From Felis catus (Eukaryota): 64,000 nt of DNA. A program made the position numbers and the translations under genes. Below, in pieces: positions 63,806 to 64,000 of the stretch. The DNA lies in NCBI RefSeq assembly GCF_018350175.1, contig NC_058368.1, positions 43,216,001 to 43,280,000 on the forward strand. The letters are read 5' to 3'. The notes beneath the pieces are model-generated. The model made no database searches, was not told the origin of the DNA, and worked only from the letters and a program-made list of their open reading frames with translations. Positions within the stretch are counted from its first letter, which is position 1. Every line of letters starts with the position of its first letter.

Positions 63806-64000
63806 AGGTTTTTTAGCAAGATTTGCCCTGTGAATCATTTTTGTACAGTAGATACAGCTTTTAAAATTCAAGCATGCCTGAATTCAAATTAATTAAAATT
63901 GCTGAATTCTGCTTTGGCTTAAAAAATCACTTAAGTTTGTATGTTAGTTTCTTCATCTTTAATGAGCATAATATCTACATCACAGGGTTTCAGGTTAACT

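Overview
This is AT-rich mammalian nuclear DNA from a cat-family (Felidae) genome, identified by about 25 tRNA-derived CanSINEs (including young feline SINEC_Fc-type copies) and feline/carnivore L1 3' ends. I recognise no protein-coding gene. The supplied ORFs are short, and those I can explain come from SINEs, L1, L2, LTRs, microsatellites or a 7SK copy. The window looks intergenic or deep-intronic. It holds SINEs with target-site duplications (TSDs), L1, L2 and MIR relics, solo LTRs (MLT1D, MER21-like, LTR40-like), DNA transposons (MER58A, MER82, probably MER5), microsatellites and one 3'-truncated 7SK retropseudogene (46750-46980). I find no evidence of a new multi-gene system or a CRISPR-like array. 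The best leads are the tailless 7SK copy, an inverted repeat built from (TG)n/(CA)n plus matching unique flanks (33393-33687), several strong splice-signal sets that could belong to an unannotated spliced transcript, nested TE stacks, and two very young SINE insertions. Repeat family names come from my recall of consensus sequences, not from a search, and the boundaries of old repeats are approximate.
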